Shown here in pieces: positions 38,108-50,861 of a stretch of DNA of 64,000 nucleotides (the stretch's first letter is position 1; every line of letters starts with the position of its first letter). The stretch spans positions 42,726 to 106,725 of the forward strand of contig CBFFRP010000126.1 of NCBI GenBank assembly GCA_965644295.1, written 5' to 3'. The notes beneath the pieces are model-generated. The model saw nothing but the letters and a program-made list of their open reading frames with translations, was not told the origin of the DNA and made no database searches. Both the position numbers and the translations under genes were made by a program. The DNA comes from Paraphysomonas bandaiensis. Taxonomy: Eukaryota; Protista; Chrysophyceae.

Positions 38108-41100
38108 ATGTCATCCGAGCCGGTGGCGATCGTGATCGTCAAGTTTTTACTGACGTTTTACTACCTATTTTCAATCGTGTTTCGGTTGGCGTTTAGATTC
38201 AAAGTCAAATTTAAGTCACGCCATTGGATTATACTTGCTGTAGATTATGCGGTTGATTTATTTTTCGTAGTAGATTATCTCTGGAAATGGAGGCAGAAAT
38301 ATCGGAAAGCTCTTAATATCGCTCCATATTCGCACGCAGATGTTGACGAGACAATTATAACCAGTGATTATATCAGAGGTACAAAGGTCTCGCCAGAGCC
38401 AGCGTCAAGTGACACAATGAAATCTGTTATTACGAATGACAGAAAGGCGTATGTTGCGTTTGAGAATTTGTTGGCTGCGTATGAAAGAAAACAGATTGCT
38501 GATGCCGCATTGAAGGTTCGGCAGCAACGAACACAGCAGTGGCATGCTGTGTGCTTTTGGACGGAAACGGTACTCGATTTTCTTATGATGTTTCCATTTG
38601 AAGTCGTTGCCTATCTGTGCGGCTATAAATTATATTACTTGCTTCGCACTTTCCGCGTTTCTCGAGTTCTGTATTCGAAAAAGTACTGGGCTGATATAGT
38701 CCGTGCATTAGAGATACGTAATGTCATAGTTGGAGCTTCCGGTCACCGTGTTTTGTTTTTAACTTTTTTCATGGTTATATTTGCCCACCTGGGGGCCTGC
38801 TTTTTCTATGCTCTAGCACTGATGCTGATGGAGAAGCAGGATCCTGTTGGTGATAATTGGATGACAGCTGATGGAATAGCAGTATTTGAACACGATACGA
38901 ATACTTATTATTTCACGAAACCACTACGATATCGATATGTTAGGGCGATGTACTGGTCCGTCGTTACGTCGGTAAGTTGCTATTTACACCACGTTGTGCC
39001 GGAAGTCTGATACTCCTGCGTGTAGCAAACCGTTGGCTTCGGTGATGTCGGTCCGCAGTCGGTGTATGAGACTTCGTTCTGTTTGTGCTACTTTTATATG
39101 TCCCACATTCTTGCCCAATTAGCGATCGGTAACCTGATCCTTCTAGTGAATGTTTACGACTCTGCACGAACCAAATATCGCAATCAGATGGAGAAATTGG
39201 AGAATTACGCAAAGTTCCGTTCGCTTCCTCGTGATTTGACGGACAGAATAAAGTCTTTTTACTACCATCAGTGGAAAGTACTTAATGGGCTGGACGAGGA
39301 ACAGGTAGACGTATTCTTTGCTAATGAAAAATTTGACATGAAGTGTTACAGTTCTTGTCTGAGCTGCCACATAACATCCAAACCAAAGTGAAGCAGGCGA
39401 CAGTTCGAGACTACCTCAAAAATATTTCTATTCTCAAAAACCTTCGCATATCAATTTTGAATGCGTTGGCAGAAGATGTGAAGACTATCATGTATTCTCC
39501 ACATGATGTCATAGTAGCAGGTGGAAGCCAGGCCAAGGGCATGTATATCATATCACGGTAGCAGTATATCATTGGATATGACCCGGTTGATGATTTAGTA
39601 TAGGGGTGAAGCGTTTGTGCACTCTATGAGTGTAACGAACACAGACAAAGATCTTGTTATATCCCAGGCTCTGCGTCAGGGTGAATCCTATGGCTCTAAA
39701 GCCCTTATTCAGAAGTTCCAATACTCCTCAACCTTGTCTTCTGGGGCTGGTGTCTGCGAGGTTTTATTTTTAAGCCGGTCGAGATTCAGGCGGACTCTTC
39801 GGCTTCATATGACTGACGAAGAATTCGCTAGAGCCATACCGTCAAATCCGTTAATAGGTGGTGGAGGCAATGATACTGTCGAGAACTCAGATGAGGGAAA
39901 TATGAGAAAAACAAGAAGAGATAATAAACATCACTCTCATATTAGAGCAGGTAATAACATAGGGCATATGCGATGGAGCTTAATCCTGCTATGACCAGGG
40001 TTTATTCAAGTGGAGTTAAAATCCTGGTGGGTAGATCTCTTTAAACCGCAGTCGCTGTTCCGCAATCACTGGGATATTTTTATCTTTGTGGGCATGCTGT
40101 TCTATTCAGTTACACTTCCGTATCTTCTCTCTAACTCACTTGATCCTGAATTCTTTAGTAGAAATATAGGGGTGCTTGTATCGAGTTTTTTGCTTGATGT
40201 TGTTTTTGCTATTAATCTTTTGCTGAGGAGTAATTTCTTTTCGTTCTATCGGCTGAGCGTCCTGTTTTGTAAACCGGAAGATATACTGGAAAATTTTATG
40301 CGAACAGAGAATATATACCTCGAGATACTGAGTGTGCTGCCGTTGGAGATATTGGCCGTAAAATTTGGTGTAGCCTTCATACCAGTACTACGCCTGATGA
40401 AGATATATCACTTGCGCAACTTCGTTGAATATGCTGACCACACTGAACGAGAGATTTCTAGTCGTTTGGGTGTATCCCTTACTTTTGCGCAGCGAAGATT
40501 TATTCGACTCTACGTTGCACTTTTCGAGGTGAGAATGAGCTTAATATATGCGATGTACATGATAGGATACGTTGCAGCTGTGTCACTGGGTGGGATGTCT
40601 GTGGCAACTAACTGCAGACATCAGTACCGAAATGCTTGGCTACGATATTAACTGGAAGATCCAAGACATGGAGTCAGAATTTCTGCATATGCACTATACC
40701 AGACCGAATAGTGCAAGTGCGTATCGCCGGTCAGTATATTGGTAAGTACTTGACAGGTGTAGGTTTTGTATGTTAGTATATGTACCCAGGGCAATTAATG
40801 GGATGGCAACCTCTGGTGTTGCCGATATGCCTAGCACGAATTTATTGGAAATGATATTTTGTTCCTTGACGCTGGTTTGTGGATGCCAAACTATCAATGC
40901 TCTACTGGGTAGTATTGCGTCTCTTATGGGCAATATTAACATGGGAAAGCGGAAGTTTGAAGCCAAAATAGCTATGGTGAAGAAACTCATTAAATTTAAG
41001 CAACTACCTCGCAAGCTTGGGAAGAGGATTATTTACTTCTTTGAGTATAGCTGGTCCAGAACAAGCGGTGCAAATGAGGTGGAAGTATTAGCTGGATTGC

Positions 41101-44100
41101 CACAACCCCTTCGTGAAGATGTTGTCAAATTTGTTGCGGGGTCTGTGCTTGTGAAAATACCGTTTTTCAATGACTGCATTGAACCCATGTTGGAGATGAC
41201 ATTGGGGTTATTGACCCATCGTCTGTTCCTTGAGGGTGATGATTTGATGGTTGCTGGCGAGCATGGCAAGGAAATGTTCGTAATCGAAAGCGGTGCTATT
41301 GTTGTGACATCCCCGGATAAGCAAATCGTATACGCGGTTCTCACCAGTGGTGATTATATTGGCGAAAGTTGTTTACTAAAAGTACGTAAATGTTGTGCTA
41401 TGCATTAATGATGCTGATGTCATGTGACAGGTAGGGAAGCGAACAGCATCTGCACATGCCAGGGACTACTCCGATACATATGTCTTGAGTAAAGAGGATT
41501 TTCAAAAGGTTTTTTATTTTTCCTTCCAATCGCGTATAATGTATGCCTAGGTTTTGGAAGCATTTCCGGGCGAAGGTGAGATTGTTGTTGCAGGAATAGA
41601 AAAGGTACTCGAGCAAAAGCGTCGGATGAACGAAGAAACTGCAAAAAAGAGAATGCAAATGACCCCCTCGCAGATTTTGGAGGAGAAAAAGGAAAGGGAA
41701 GAGAATACATGCAAGATTACAGATTTGAAGTCATCGCGAGAGAGTTCATTTAGTAGAGTGCATTCTTGGAGGAAAGAACTCGAGCCAGGATCGCGGTCTC
41801 GACGATTGTGGGATTCCTTTTTGTTTTTGATTCTATTGTACAATTTGTTTATGGTGCCCTTTCGTATAGCGTTAAATATATGGCCAAGCCTCTATGCCCT
41901 GGACTACTCTTTCGATGTAGTACTTCTTCTGGACTCGTATTTGAACTGGACTGTGTTTCGTCGCAGCATTGGTGGCAAACATATCACTGACGCGGAAGGT
42001 CTGCGCAGCGCCTACTATCGAGATGGGTTTAAGCATGATATTCTGGCTCGTTTCCCTTATGACTTGTTCGCATTAGTTCTCTTTGGCCGTGACATGCATC
42101 TCGTATTGAAAGTAATGAGCTATTTGCGGATACCAAAGATACTGCTGATTTTGAAGGGCATGGAATGGCTGCTACATTTAGAATCGATTTTGGAAGAGTT
42201 AAAGCTAGCATTCGTGCCTATGCGACTTCTTCAAGTATTGATTTTTTATTTCGTTTCCTCGCGGCTGTAACTTGTATGTTTATAGGTTCTTATTGGATGT
42301 TTGATGGTTGGGCACTGGTTAGGCTGTGGTCTATATTTATTTTCGAAGGTATATTTTAGTAAAATTTTACCACAATAACATGGTACAATTAGGCACACCC
42401 TGAAGATTGTGTTCCAGAGCCAGGCGCTAATTATGGGACGGCGTGTGAATTCAGAAATACCTGGGTCGAATTCCAAATATTAAACATGAAGTTACCGGAG
42501 GATGGTGGAACAGAAATATCTCGTTATATTCGCACGATCAACTGGGCCATCCCAACCATGGTTCTTTATGTCGTTGGAGATGTCTACCCGATGAATGTCA
42601 ACGAAACTAGCTACGTATTTGGCGCTATGTTCTTTGGTATATCAATCAACGCCATGATTATTGGCAGCATTATTGCCCTTGTGTCTACTTTGGATGAAGA
42701 CCTCACCAGTATCACTACCAAATCTGATTTCTTGCGTGATCATTTGAGAGATCATGGAATTGCAGATGGGTTAATTCAGAAGGTATATTAACGACGATAA
42801 TGCTGATTGTTTCTCAGTAGTTCTTATCCAGGTGACGGAGCACATGAAATTTTTACTGACGGACAGTGGGCAGATTATATTGAAGGAATCCGCGATATAT
42901 GATGAATTGCCTCATAGTTTGCAGGTAGGCATAGGAGTAATCTTAACACGGAAATATCACTCGTGTGTTCATAGGTTGCATTTTGTGAGCATACGAAGTT
43001 AGCATACTTCAAACAATGTCCTTTTTTCGACTTTTGTTCTGACGAAGTGTTGAGAAATTTGTGCATGGGTATGAAGCAGCAGCTTTTTTATACTGGTGAT
43101 ATGATCATATCATTTGGTGATTTGGGACAAGAAATGTATTTTATTGATCGTGGTACTGTTGAGGTAATGCAACTGATGGTGGATGACCTAGCAATCTAAT
43201 GGAGCGATACGTTTTAATTAGGTTTTAAGTGCTGATGGCAAGACAGTGTTTACCACACTACAGAGCGGAGGATTTTTTGGTGAAACTGGACTTGTCTTCA
43301 GAAGTCGGCGCACTGCAAATATTCGTGCGTCCAGTCTTTGCGTGTGCTATTCGATCACCAAAGACCAGCTTGACGAAGAACTACGAGACTGTGATTTTGA
43401 TGTGCAAGCCACCATAGCGGTTCTTTGTCGGTATTTGATTTAGTGGATTCGCTTTTATCATAACTTTTATGTTTTGTAGGTTACAAGAAACTAATGCGAA
43501 ACGCAACGATGCTGTTATTCGAAATCTTCAAGAAGCGAAAAGACAAGGCTCCAAGCTCGGTAGAATACTGGGACCGGTAAACAAAAAAAGGCTTGATACG
43601 TTATGGGTAAAACTGTGTCATCCGCATGGACGATTTAAAATATTCGTTGATGTGATGGGGATTTTGTTACTCTTGTACTACGCCTTCAGTGTACCTTTCG
43701 AAGCGACGTTTTTATTTGGAGATGCAATTGATGAGTACAGACGGGGAGGGATGATGGCATGGGACTTCACGGTGGACACTCTGTGCTTTGTTGAACTGTT
43801 ATTACGTATTTTTGCTTTTCCGTTCGGGTTTGAGCAACACAAGCAGAATGTCAGGAGTAGTGCTCGACTTTATGTCTATCCCTTCGATATGGCGTGGGAT
43901 ATTGTTGGCAGTATACCTCTTGAGGCATTTGTTCTTATGAAGTCAGTGAATTTTGGAAGTATATTTGCCCTCCGTTTGATTCATTTATTGCGCCTTAAAA
44001 ATATTTTATCTCGGGTGGCCCAGGTTGAGAAACATATGTACAGAAACGGCTTAAATTTGCATAGGATTACTCTTATGGTCATTAAGAGCATCGCAGCGTA

Positions 44101-46297
44101 TCTGCTGGTCAACCACTGGACGGCGTGTATGTTTTTTTGTGTGCACCGATATTTGGAGTATGACTACGATTTGACATGGGTTATTATGGACGGATACGCT
44201 ACATACGACGAAGAAAAGGGTACACACGACATATGTAGCAGGGGAATCCGCGAATGCTACCAACGCACAATGTACTTTGTGGGAACTGTCCTTACGTCTG
44301 TTGGCTACGGTAACTTGATTATCTTTCGTTTATTAAAGTAATATATTGTGTTTTTAGGGGACATCAATCCATTTACAGATTTTGAAATGTTAATGCAAGT
44401 AATCTTAGCAGTGATTGGTGCATGCATGGGGGCCAATATTTGCGGACAAATGAGTGCATTTCTTCAGATAGGCGACCAGTCGGGCGAAATGTCATTCAAA
44501 GAAAAGATGCGCAGTGTCGAGCACTATATTCGCCTACGAGGACTTCGTATGGAGTTAAGGGCATCAATTTTGACAAATTTTCGCACAATGTGGCGGAAAG
44601 AACGTCGTATTGGCGATAGCAACAGTTCATTTTTAAGCTATTTGACGAAGCCGTTGGCACAAGAAGTTGCGTTTGAGTTAAATAGAGATGTCATCATGTT
44701 TATTCCTATGCTTAAAACTCTACGTACATCTTTGCAGCGCCGAATTGCCTTGGGCATGAAGCCCCAGGTGTTGCTGCCTAACACTCCAGTCTACAGCCAT
44801 GGCGACACTGGATACTGTGTCTTTTTTGTTTTATCCGGGCGAGTTGTTGTTGAGCCAACGAAGGACCGGGATTGGCTTGATCCGGTTGGAGTTGCTACAC
44901 TTAAGATTCTGGACCGAAAGCATCAGTTTATAATGGAGTCTCACACAGTCGGGACCCACTTTGGTGAATTCTGCCTCATGTCGAAGCTAGGAATCAGACC
45001 AGATAATGCCACACCAACTGAAATTACTGAGGTATATTACTATGACAAGGAGGATATCTGGGATTTGTTTGTGGGTATGCCTTTCGTTGAACGATATCGA
45101 TTTGTATTGTCGCTATTTACTGAGGTCGGCGGCATCCCTCACACGAAGGACGTCGTACCGACGTCTAATATTGAGAACCAAGTGGGTAGTACATCTATCA
45201 AGAGTTTGTATAAACTTTGCACATGTGTTGCGAATGATGTCCTAGATGTAATCGAGGGAGAAGACAGTGATCGAGAAGGAGAAAATGATGACGATAGTAG
45301 CTTACTCACAGCAGCGATTAAACCAACCGCACGGGTACGGGGGCTATCGATCGTTTCCGACAATTCTGAAGCGTCTCTTGAGGAGCTGACTGGTGTTTCT
45401 CGTTGGACGGAAGCTTTGAAGGCTTATGATCGGTCTAGACAGAGAAGGGCATCAAGCAAATTGGGATTCTTGGGAGCCAGGTCTGCAGCAATGACAGCTG
45501 TGGTATGTGAGGCTGAAATTGAAAAAGATACTCCTCTGGTGGCCCTTGAAAAACGAATCAGAGCATTATTCGCTTATATCGATAAGGATGGCTCGGGGTC
45601 TATTGACAAAAATGAACTTATGCTCTCTCTACTAGATTTGGGCATAGAGAAGTCATGGGCAGATGTCGACAGCATGATTCGATTCGCAGATAAAGACGGA
45701 GATGAGGAAGTAGATCTGGATGAACTGGTTGCAGCTATAATGAGAGAAATCAAAAAGGAGTCTGGATTTGCGGATGTTGAGTTGGACTCTGAAGACTGTT
45801 TGAGTAGTCGTGGATCACCTCGGGAAGAGATTTCTCCTGAAGTTGATTCAAATGACAATCAAATATTCGAAAACGAACCCACTCCTGATAGTAGACCTGA
45901 GGTAGCAGATGTGACCCAGAATTTGTTGAACCCGGTTTCTCAGCGCAGTTTGACTCGTTCTATTCATGATACTGGTGTAGAAGTGAATACAAATGGCGAA
46001 CCAGAGAGTGAAAGCGAAGTTGCCCCCGATGAAAGAAAACCTGAAACGAATGCTGCGGCCCAGAGTGTATCGAGACCGCCCCCGCAATCGAATGTGGATG
46101 ATGCCATTGAGGCTGCCAATCAGGTTGTGTTTGAAAGTAATTCGATTAGAGATAATAAGCACGAATCCGTAAAACATAAGGTTCTTGGAGATAGTGACAA
46201 TGAAGTTAGCGGTCTGGAAGCTGCAGTGGAAATACATATGGAAATGTCGCCACCAGACGATGAAGCTGCTGATGGATCGCACAGTCAAGAGCTATAG
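38108..46297 (+). CDS. Four-repeat (4x 6TM+CNBD) cyclic-nucleotide-gated channel, CNGK-like architecture, with two C-terminal EF-hands; ~15 introns, ~2,500 aa (start codon uncertain)
   Basis: Four S1-S6/pore/C-linker/CNBD units lie in one spliced frame. S5 motifs are AHLGAC, CHWVGC, GHWLGC and NHWTAC. CNBD motifs include IGE..RTASA, FGE..RTANI and FGE..RPDNA. EF loops are DKDGSGSIDKNE and DKDGDEEVDLDE. Confidence 0.9.
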
Positions 46298-46514
46298 GAA
46301 TATATGCACATAAGTAGCGGTTAAGTGTGAATACTTTACGATAAATGTAGCCGTGATACTATAAACTTGTCCATAGAGAATATCTTTATTTTAGTCTAGA
46401 AATATGACTCAGTCGTAGATGCTGGATTTCTATAATTACATCATTATTTCACTTTATTAGATCGATAATGATATTTATACTAAGTAAGTGGTACTGACGT
46501 AGAAGTATGTATTC

Positions 46515-46658
46515 CAGGGCCTGGTAACTATTAATGGCCCATTAGTGGTAGTCCAGTTCCCGGCAATTATAATGACAACATTATTGAAAAATGTCCAGGC
46601 AATTATAATGGACATTAATACCTCAGTAGATAAAACTGCTCATAATAGATAGTGTAGT
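46515..46658. repeat. Transposon-end repeat also present at 53820-53924
   Basis: cctggtaac...ccattagtggtagtccagttcc..gctcataatagatagtgt is shared by both sites. Confidence 0.7.
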
Positions 46659-49045
46659 GACAGTACATGCAAAGTTTGATGAGTCCATTCCAGAGCGTTC
46701 AAAGGAGTATTTCGACGAAATAGATAATCTACTAATCGACACTTCAGAAACACCAGAGAGTATAAATGATTATCAGTACCTCGTGGGCCTCAGACATCTT
46801 GATGGACATCTGTCTTACGTTACCACCAGAGTGATAGAGAGAAGAGGAGTCATTGTTGCATATAGGAAACTAGATACGGAAGAAAATACTACCGAGGAGC
46901 AAACTCCAATTCATCTCAAAGATGTAGTAAAGATGACTCACTCTACCAGCAGGTGTCAGATCGACAAGTTTAATAATTTGCGAAATGAGTTAGATCAGAG
47001 ATTTGTAATGACAGTGACAATGAGCAAAGGACTCCTGGCCGCTCATATCGGGGCGCATCTTCAACAGGTGGTGCAGATCGAAAATCCCAGAACTGAAAAA
47101 CGACCTCGAAAAAAACGGCACATATTTAACGTTGGTGTCCTTGGCGATGTCTCATTGCTTCTTGATTCCTCCAACAGCACAATTAAAGAGCCACAGACGA
47201 TGGCAGAAGCAAAGAAGACTCCACAGAGAACATACTGGATTGAAGCTACCAGGAAGGAAGTGCACAAGCTTGAACGAAGGACATGAAACCGAAACACCGC
47301 AAAATCATAAAATCTAAGTTGGTATTTAAAGTAAAGCGCGATCATCTTGGAAAAATTAAGAAGTTCAAAGTTCGACTTGTGGCGAAAGGGTTTACTCAAG
47401 AACAAGGAGTCGACTATAATGAGACATTCTCCCCAGTAGCTAAAGATGTATCATTTAGGCTTACACTGGCACTGCTCTGCGATACAATCTGCAACTCCGT
47501 CAACTCGATGTAGAAACTGCATTTCCGTATGCTGATCTGGAAGAAGATGTGTATATGTCTCCACCTGCAAGAATATATATTCCACAGGCAGGGATGTTGT
47601 TTGTAGATTTTGAAGAGTCTGTACGGCCTGAAACAAGCACCAAGAAACTGGCATTCGATGCTGAAGGATAGTATCAAGGCGATGGGGTATAAACAATGCA
47701 CACTTGACCCATGTTTATTTGCACTGAAGGGTACTGATGGTAACCTACATATGATACTTGTGTATGTAGATGATATCGTTGTCCTAAGTCCTGACAACCG
47801 TCATATTGAAGAGGTCATCAGTTCTTTCAAGACTCAGTATACGATGCAAGATATGGGTGATCTTAAACACTATTTAGGTCTTACCATTGAGCGTGATGAT
47901 GGCCAGATTAAACTACATCAGTCTGCATAATATGCTAATGATGTTGTGGCCAGATTCAATCACTTGTTGTCAGAAAAGAAGAGACGGTGCAAGGCAACCA
48001 CACCTCTACCACCTGGCCTAAAGTTGCCCAAGGATGCAAAAGAGGAAGAAACTCGAAAACAGCGAGAATACGCTGGTGCATTTCCCTATCAATTTGTTAT
48101 TGGTGCCCTAATGTACTTGGCAGTGCATACTAGACCAGACATGGCATATACAGTAAATCTTCTCTCCCGGTTCACCACAAGACCCACGTACGCTGCATGT
48201 CAAGCTGCTCTGCATACTTTACAGTATTTAGAAAATACAGTTGATCAAGGTATCATCTTCCCTAATTTTACAGATGAAGACCCTCTATGTGTGTACTCTG
48301 ATGCAGATTGGGCCGGAGATCTGGATACATGCAGATCCACTACAGGGTATATTGTCTACCTGTGGGGTGCTCCAATTGCATGGCAGTCCAGACTGCAGCC
48401 AAGAGTGCCTACGTCGACTATGGAAGCTGAATACATGGCTGCATATGCTGCAATTCAGGAGATTGTATGAATACGAGGGGTGATGACAGAGCTCGGAAGT
48501 CGTGGATTTGAGCTCTGTAAGAATGCGTCTCCAACAATCTTGAATATGGACAGCAATAGTGCGATTGATCTAGCTCAGAACCCGGTAAATCATAAACGTT
48601 CCAAAAACGTTCCAAGCATATTCGAATCAAGTATCATTGGATTCGAGAGCAAGTGGGAGACTGTATCGTCAGGCTGAATCATGTGCCAACGGCAGAGATA
48701 ACAGCTGACGTGATGACAAAAGCCTTGTCAGAGAAGTTGCACACTATGGTATCGCACTAAGTAGACTTGCTCATTACAGTATATTCTGATATGTTCATTG
48801 AGTAGGAGTATTGAACTACAACCAACTCCTACGTGCGTACTTGAAGTTTGGTAAAGCCAATCGCTAGTAGTTATCCTGTATTCTATGTAGCAATGAAATA
48901 CAGAATATACATGACTACACTATAGGAGTAGCTATTACAAGTATACAAAGAAACTGAAAATATAGTAGTTGTTAAAGTTACGATTTGTAGAACAGAATGT
49001 TGATGTTGGTGAATGACGTGGTTCCTAATTCACAGTGACACAACA
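46657..49045 (+). mobile_element. 5'-truncated, decayed Ty1/copia element (IN tail-RT-RNase H; probable 3' LTR ~48810-49045)
   Basis: FKVRLVAKGFTQ..GVDYNETFSPV, KSLYGLKQAPRNW, VYVDD, YSDADWAG, STTGY and STMEAEY, with frameshifts and a stop at 47928. A purine tract gagtaggag lies at ~48800. Confidence 0.92.
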
Positions 49046-49463
49046 TCATAATTTCACTATATCTCCTATCATATCAATCAGTCAATACTGCACTCTTAAA
49101 AGCTTAAATTAATAGGTAAACGTCCATCTAGCTTGACTAGTTTTCTTCTGGCTACTAAACTGGTGCTGATTCTTAACGCCTATTGCTAATAATAAGACTT
49201 TCGATATAAATATGATAACTGTATCCCTGACGGGATAGGCAATTCATGTACACTGCTAAAGCGACTGAAAACTAACACTCCCGGTTTTATGTACAAGATA
49301 ATACTTTTCAAATTATGCATGTGGCAACTATGATATTTAAAAAACAAGTACATAATTATACATCTAAAAATCCTAGATCATTACAAAATTATCTTAAACA
49401 TAAGCTATGAACTTAGTTTATTTTATGTAAAGAAAACAGGCCACATAACATTATTCCCATAAA

Positions 49464-50239
49464 CTATAGCAGTATACAGCATTTCCCACCTCCACTTCCA
49501 CTAGCTTTATCGATAGAATCGGGAATTCTAGATTCGCTTTCTCGAATTTCACGCACCAATTGATGAAAGCAATCAACATTTTTAATTTTGGTTTTAGCAG
49601 AAGTTTCCATGAACGGACAATGCCATAGCTCAGCAAGTTTCTGCCCTGCTTCGTAGGTGACTTGTCGCTGCGATTCCATATCACATTTGTTTCCAACAAG
49701 CACTCTACCAGCAAATATTAAAACGGAAAAGGGCAACGTACACATACATTGGAACCATGTCGGATTCAGAAGCTCTCAGTATTTTCTCTCGGAAAGAAAC
49801 CATTTCGTCAAATGTGGGCATTTCAGTTATGCTGTAAACCAGTAGAAAACCTTTCCCTTCCCTCATCCACTGTAATACAAAGATAATGCTTTAAATTGAA
49901 GAGTTGAATAGAGTCATAGGTATGACCTGATCCTGCATTGATGAGTATTCTTCTTGTCCAGCTGTATCTAGAATGTCGAGTGATACGGGAATATCATCTA
50001 CAACAGCGTTCTTGCGATATGAATCTAAATATAGTGTGAGACACAGGCGCAGTGTATCGAAGTGTATACCTTCTATCGTGGGATCATACTCTTCAAGAAA
50101 ATTGTCAGTAACAAGCCTGAAAGGAAACAGAAGTCAAGTACGTCAACGACGGAGAAACACACCACCTGATAGTAAGAGCACTTTTACCGACCCCACCACC
50201 TCCAAGCACAACAATTTTAAAATTTTCTTCAGTTGACAT
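49464..50239 (-). CDS. RAS: Ras-family small GTPase, 4 introns
   Basis: [16 protein letters not shown], effector loop [32 protein letters not shown] and C-terminal CAAX CCILL*. Confidence 0.95.
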
Positions 50240-50861
50240 TGATTGTCCTGGCAATGGTTTATTGTTCACCTGAGACTGCTGATTTCGGCAATTGATACGA
50301 TGACAGACACGCGAATATTTTAGCTGGATATTTGACAAGTGTTTCGATGGTTTAGTATTGCTATTGGCATTCAGTGAACAATCGCTGAAATTTATGTTTT
50401 GAATCACTGAAATCTGAAATCAATAATATACACTGTCTCACCGACAGTGTCTCGTATGGTATGCACGAGATTAAACATACTCGTATATATGGTATACCGT
50501 ATACTACTGTATATTTCTCGCTCTAGATATCTCGCTTTTTTTTGGTTGGGGTGCAAAATATTACTCCAGTTCGTAGCGGTATGGTGTATGGTACTCTGCT
50601 GTACTGCATGCACAGTCTGCTGCAGTGGATATTCAGATTCCACCACTGCGTTTGTCTCTGCGTGCCTTTCAATTTTTCAATTTCTAGATTTGCGACATGA
50701 TATATTAGCCACCTGGCGAATGTACCCTACCCTCTCGTCGACGAAAGGGTACCATATATTCTTGTTGCGATTGCAGTTGTCGAGCGAAAAGAACTAACTA
50801 GATTGCTTTTAAAAGTAGTGAAAGTGAAGGATCACAAGAAGACTGCGTCAACACACGAACG

